The translations under genes were made by a program, and so were the position numbers. The notes under the pieces were generated by a model. That model saw only the letters and a program-made list of their open reading frames with translations. It did not search any database and was not told where the DNA came from. A stretch of DNA of 64,000 nucleotides, taken from assembly GCA_002633005.1 (NCBI GenBank), contig NMRA01000001.1:4081101-4145100 (forward strand), given 5' to 3'. Of this stretch, positions 62,589 to 64,000 are shown piece after piece. This DNA comes from Phoronis australis (taxonomy: Eukaryota; Animalia; Phoronida). Numbering within the stretch: position 1 is the first letter of the stretch; every line of letters starts with the position of its first letter.

Positions 62589-64000
62589 TAGAAGAGAAGG
62601 AAGGAAATTGTGCTGCTATCAAGTACTTGCTTGACATGCATCTGATCTCTGCATTGGAAGACCTTACTTCTTGGGCTGTTGCTTTGATGGATTTGTGTTG
62701 TGTGACTTTGTGGGAATGTTCAAAATTTTTTCACACCTGTTAAATTCATGGCAGAATCAGAAACGCTACATGTCCGAACATGCAGTGGTGACCCCGGGTG
62801 AAGCACAACCAAAAATACCACTTGTCATGTGCAAAGAACAGATAAAATTTTGACAACAGATAATCAAATTCGTATAATAAGAACCAAGTGAGAATCAAAA
62901 ACAACCAATCAGAATAAGTAGGCTTACGCTGACGCTGATATCAATACGTTTTCAAGGACAACTTGGCTGTTATTCCGGAATCATTAACAAATGCTAAGGA
63001 ACTGGTCACGGAAGTAGAATGGAATAGTCTATGACTTCCTGTTCTTGGCCGAGGTACAAAACTGTGCTCTAAAAGGCTTTTACTTTGGTAACAGAAAAGA
63101 TGTGAACATTATACCATGATGCATAGTACTTAATTTGGTATATATTTTCGAGTTTTGAACTAGATTAACCCTTTGAGATGAGGACTTTGAAGGCATGTTA
63201 TAATCCTTCAATGTTCTTTTTTACTGTTCGTTAATTAATAGCCAACATGTCACAGACATCAGCATGACGAGCGTTTATGTGACACCACTACCTTAGTCCT
63301 TTACGCTTCAATCATATGCCGTTTTACAAAAAAGATTTTGGACACCAGTTAATTGTAGAACAAATAAGCAGTTTAAATAATGTTTATTGTTTCTAATTCA
63401 AAATTACATCATGTTACAAATGAACATATGATCAAAATTAATCCCGCATCTGTTACACACCTGTCGAAGCCGATTTCTACATTTTATTCTTAAACTGTGT
63501 TTAGCGGTCCATGTTTCTAAGTGGATGTGAGTCCGTGGCCATGTTTTTGGGGTGAATGAATTGTATTTTGTGAGTCCGATCACCTGTATTTAAGTCAGTG
63601 AATGGTGTTTGCAGGTCTGCGAGTTGTATTTTTACATCGGACACGGTGTTTTGCAATCCGCTAGCCGTGTAGTTTAGGTACCTTGCTGGTGTTACACAGT
63701 CAACAAACATGGGCCTGCACCAGTGGTTTTATGATATAGACAACATCTGAACTTTAATTGAATAAACATTTACCTTGTAGTTCGCGAATAATATTCAGAG
63801 GTATTAAACCAGCGAAATTTGGTGCATGGAACTTAAAGAGTCTGAAAATTTGTTTCCCAATTCAGATTTTTTTGCTTGGAAATATTTGCTTGAAAAATAC
63901 ACTGGATATTTCCTCTAATATCTACACAGGAAGTAATGCGCGAATTTTGAGTACACTGAAATGACTGAATGGGGCTATTCGGAGAATTCTCCTCGCGGTG

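Larger units (their letters stand above)
56077..63275. repeat. Two highly similar copies (56077-60529 and 60904-63275) flanking an N gap; probably allelic haplotypes scaffolded in tandem
   Basis: Copy 2 begins exactly at the gap end matching 56077; copy 1 ends exactly at the gap start matching 63275; differences are SNPs, small indels, a 488-bp insertion in copy 2 and a ~2.6-kb segment only in copy 1. Confidence 0.9.

Overview
Eukaryotic (invertebrate metazoan-like), AT-rich, repeat-dense, intron-containing genomic DNA from a gapped and apparently heterozygous draft assembly. Two spliced protein-coding genes can be rebuilt by hand and are divergently oriented. (1) Minus strand: the 5' part of an FMN/Cappuccino-type formin, 7 in-phase exons from 13197 down to 994, encoding a large acidic N-terminal exon, a DEP-like domain, a coiled coil, FH1 and the start of FH2; the rest lies beyond the left edge. 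(2) Plus strand: a complete 7-exon TMX1-like thioredoxin-related transmembrane protein (22740-34864, 265 aa, WCPAC). The rest is introns and intergenic DNA with non-autonomous DNA transposons (hAT-like, TTAA/Kolobok-like foldbacks, HINE/DINE-like modular elements), a decayed spliced transposase, LINE relics and minisatellites. Two near-identical duplications abut N gaps (18195-19437; 56077-63275) and look like two haplotypes assembled in tandem; the second exposes a polymorphic transposon insertion together with its empty site. I found no convincing new biological system. The best leads are a tandem array of ~80-bp hairpin units upstream of the formin coding exons, a perfect 26-bp palindrome in the putative formin promoter, the hAT-like element with a 6-bp TSD, and the intron-containing transposase relic. 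All calls were made by eye with no database searches.
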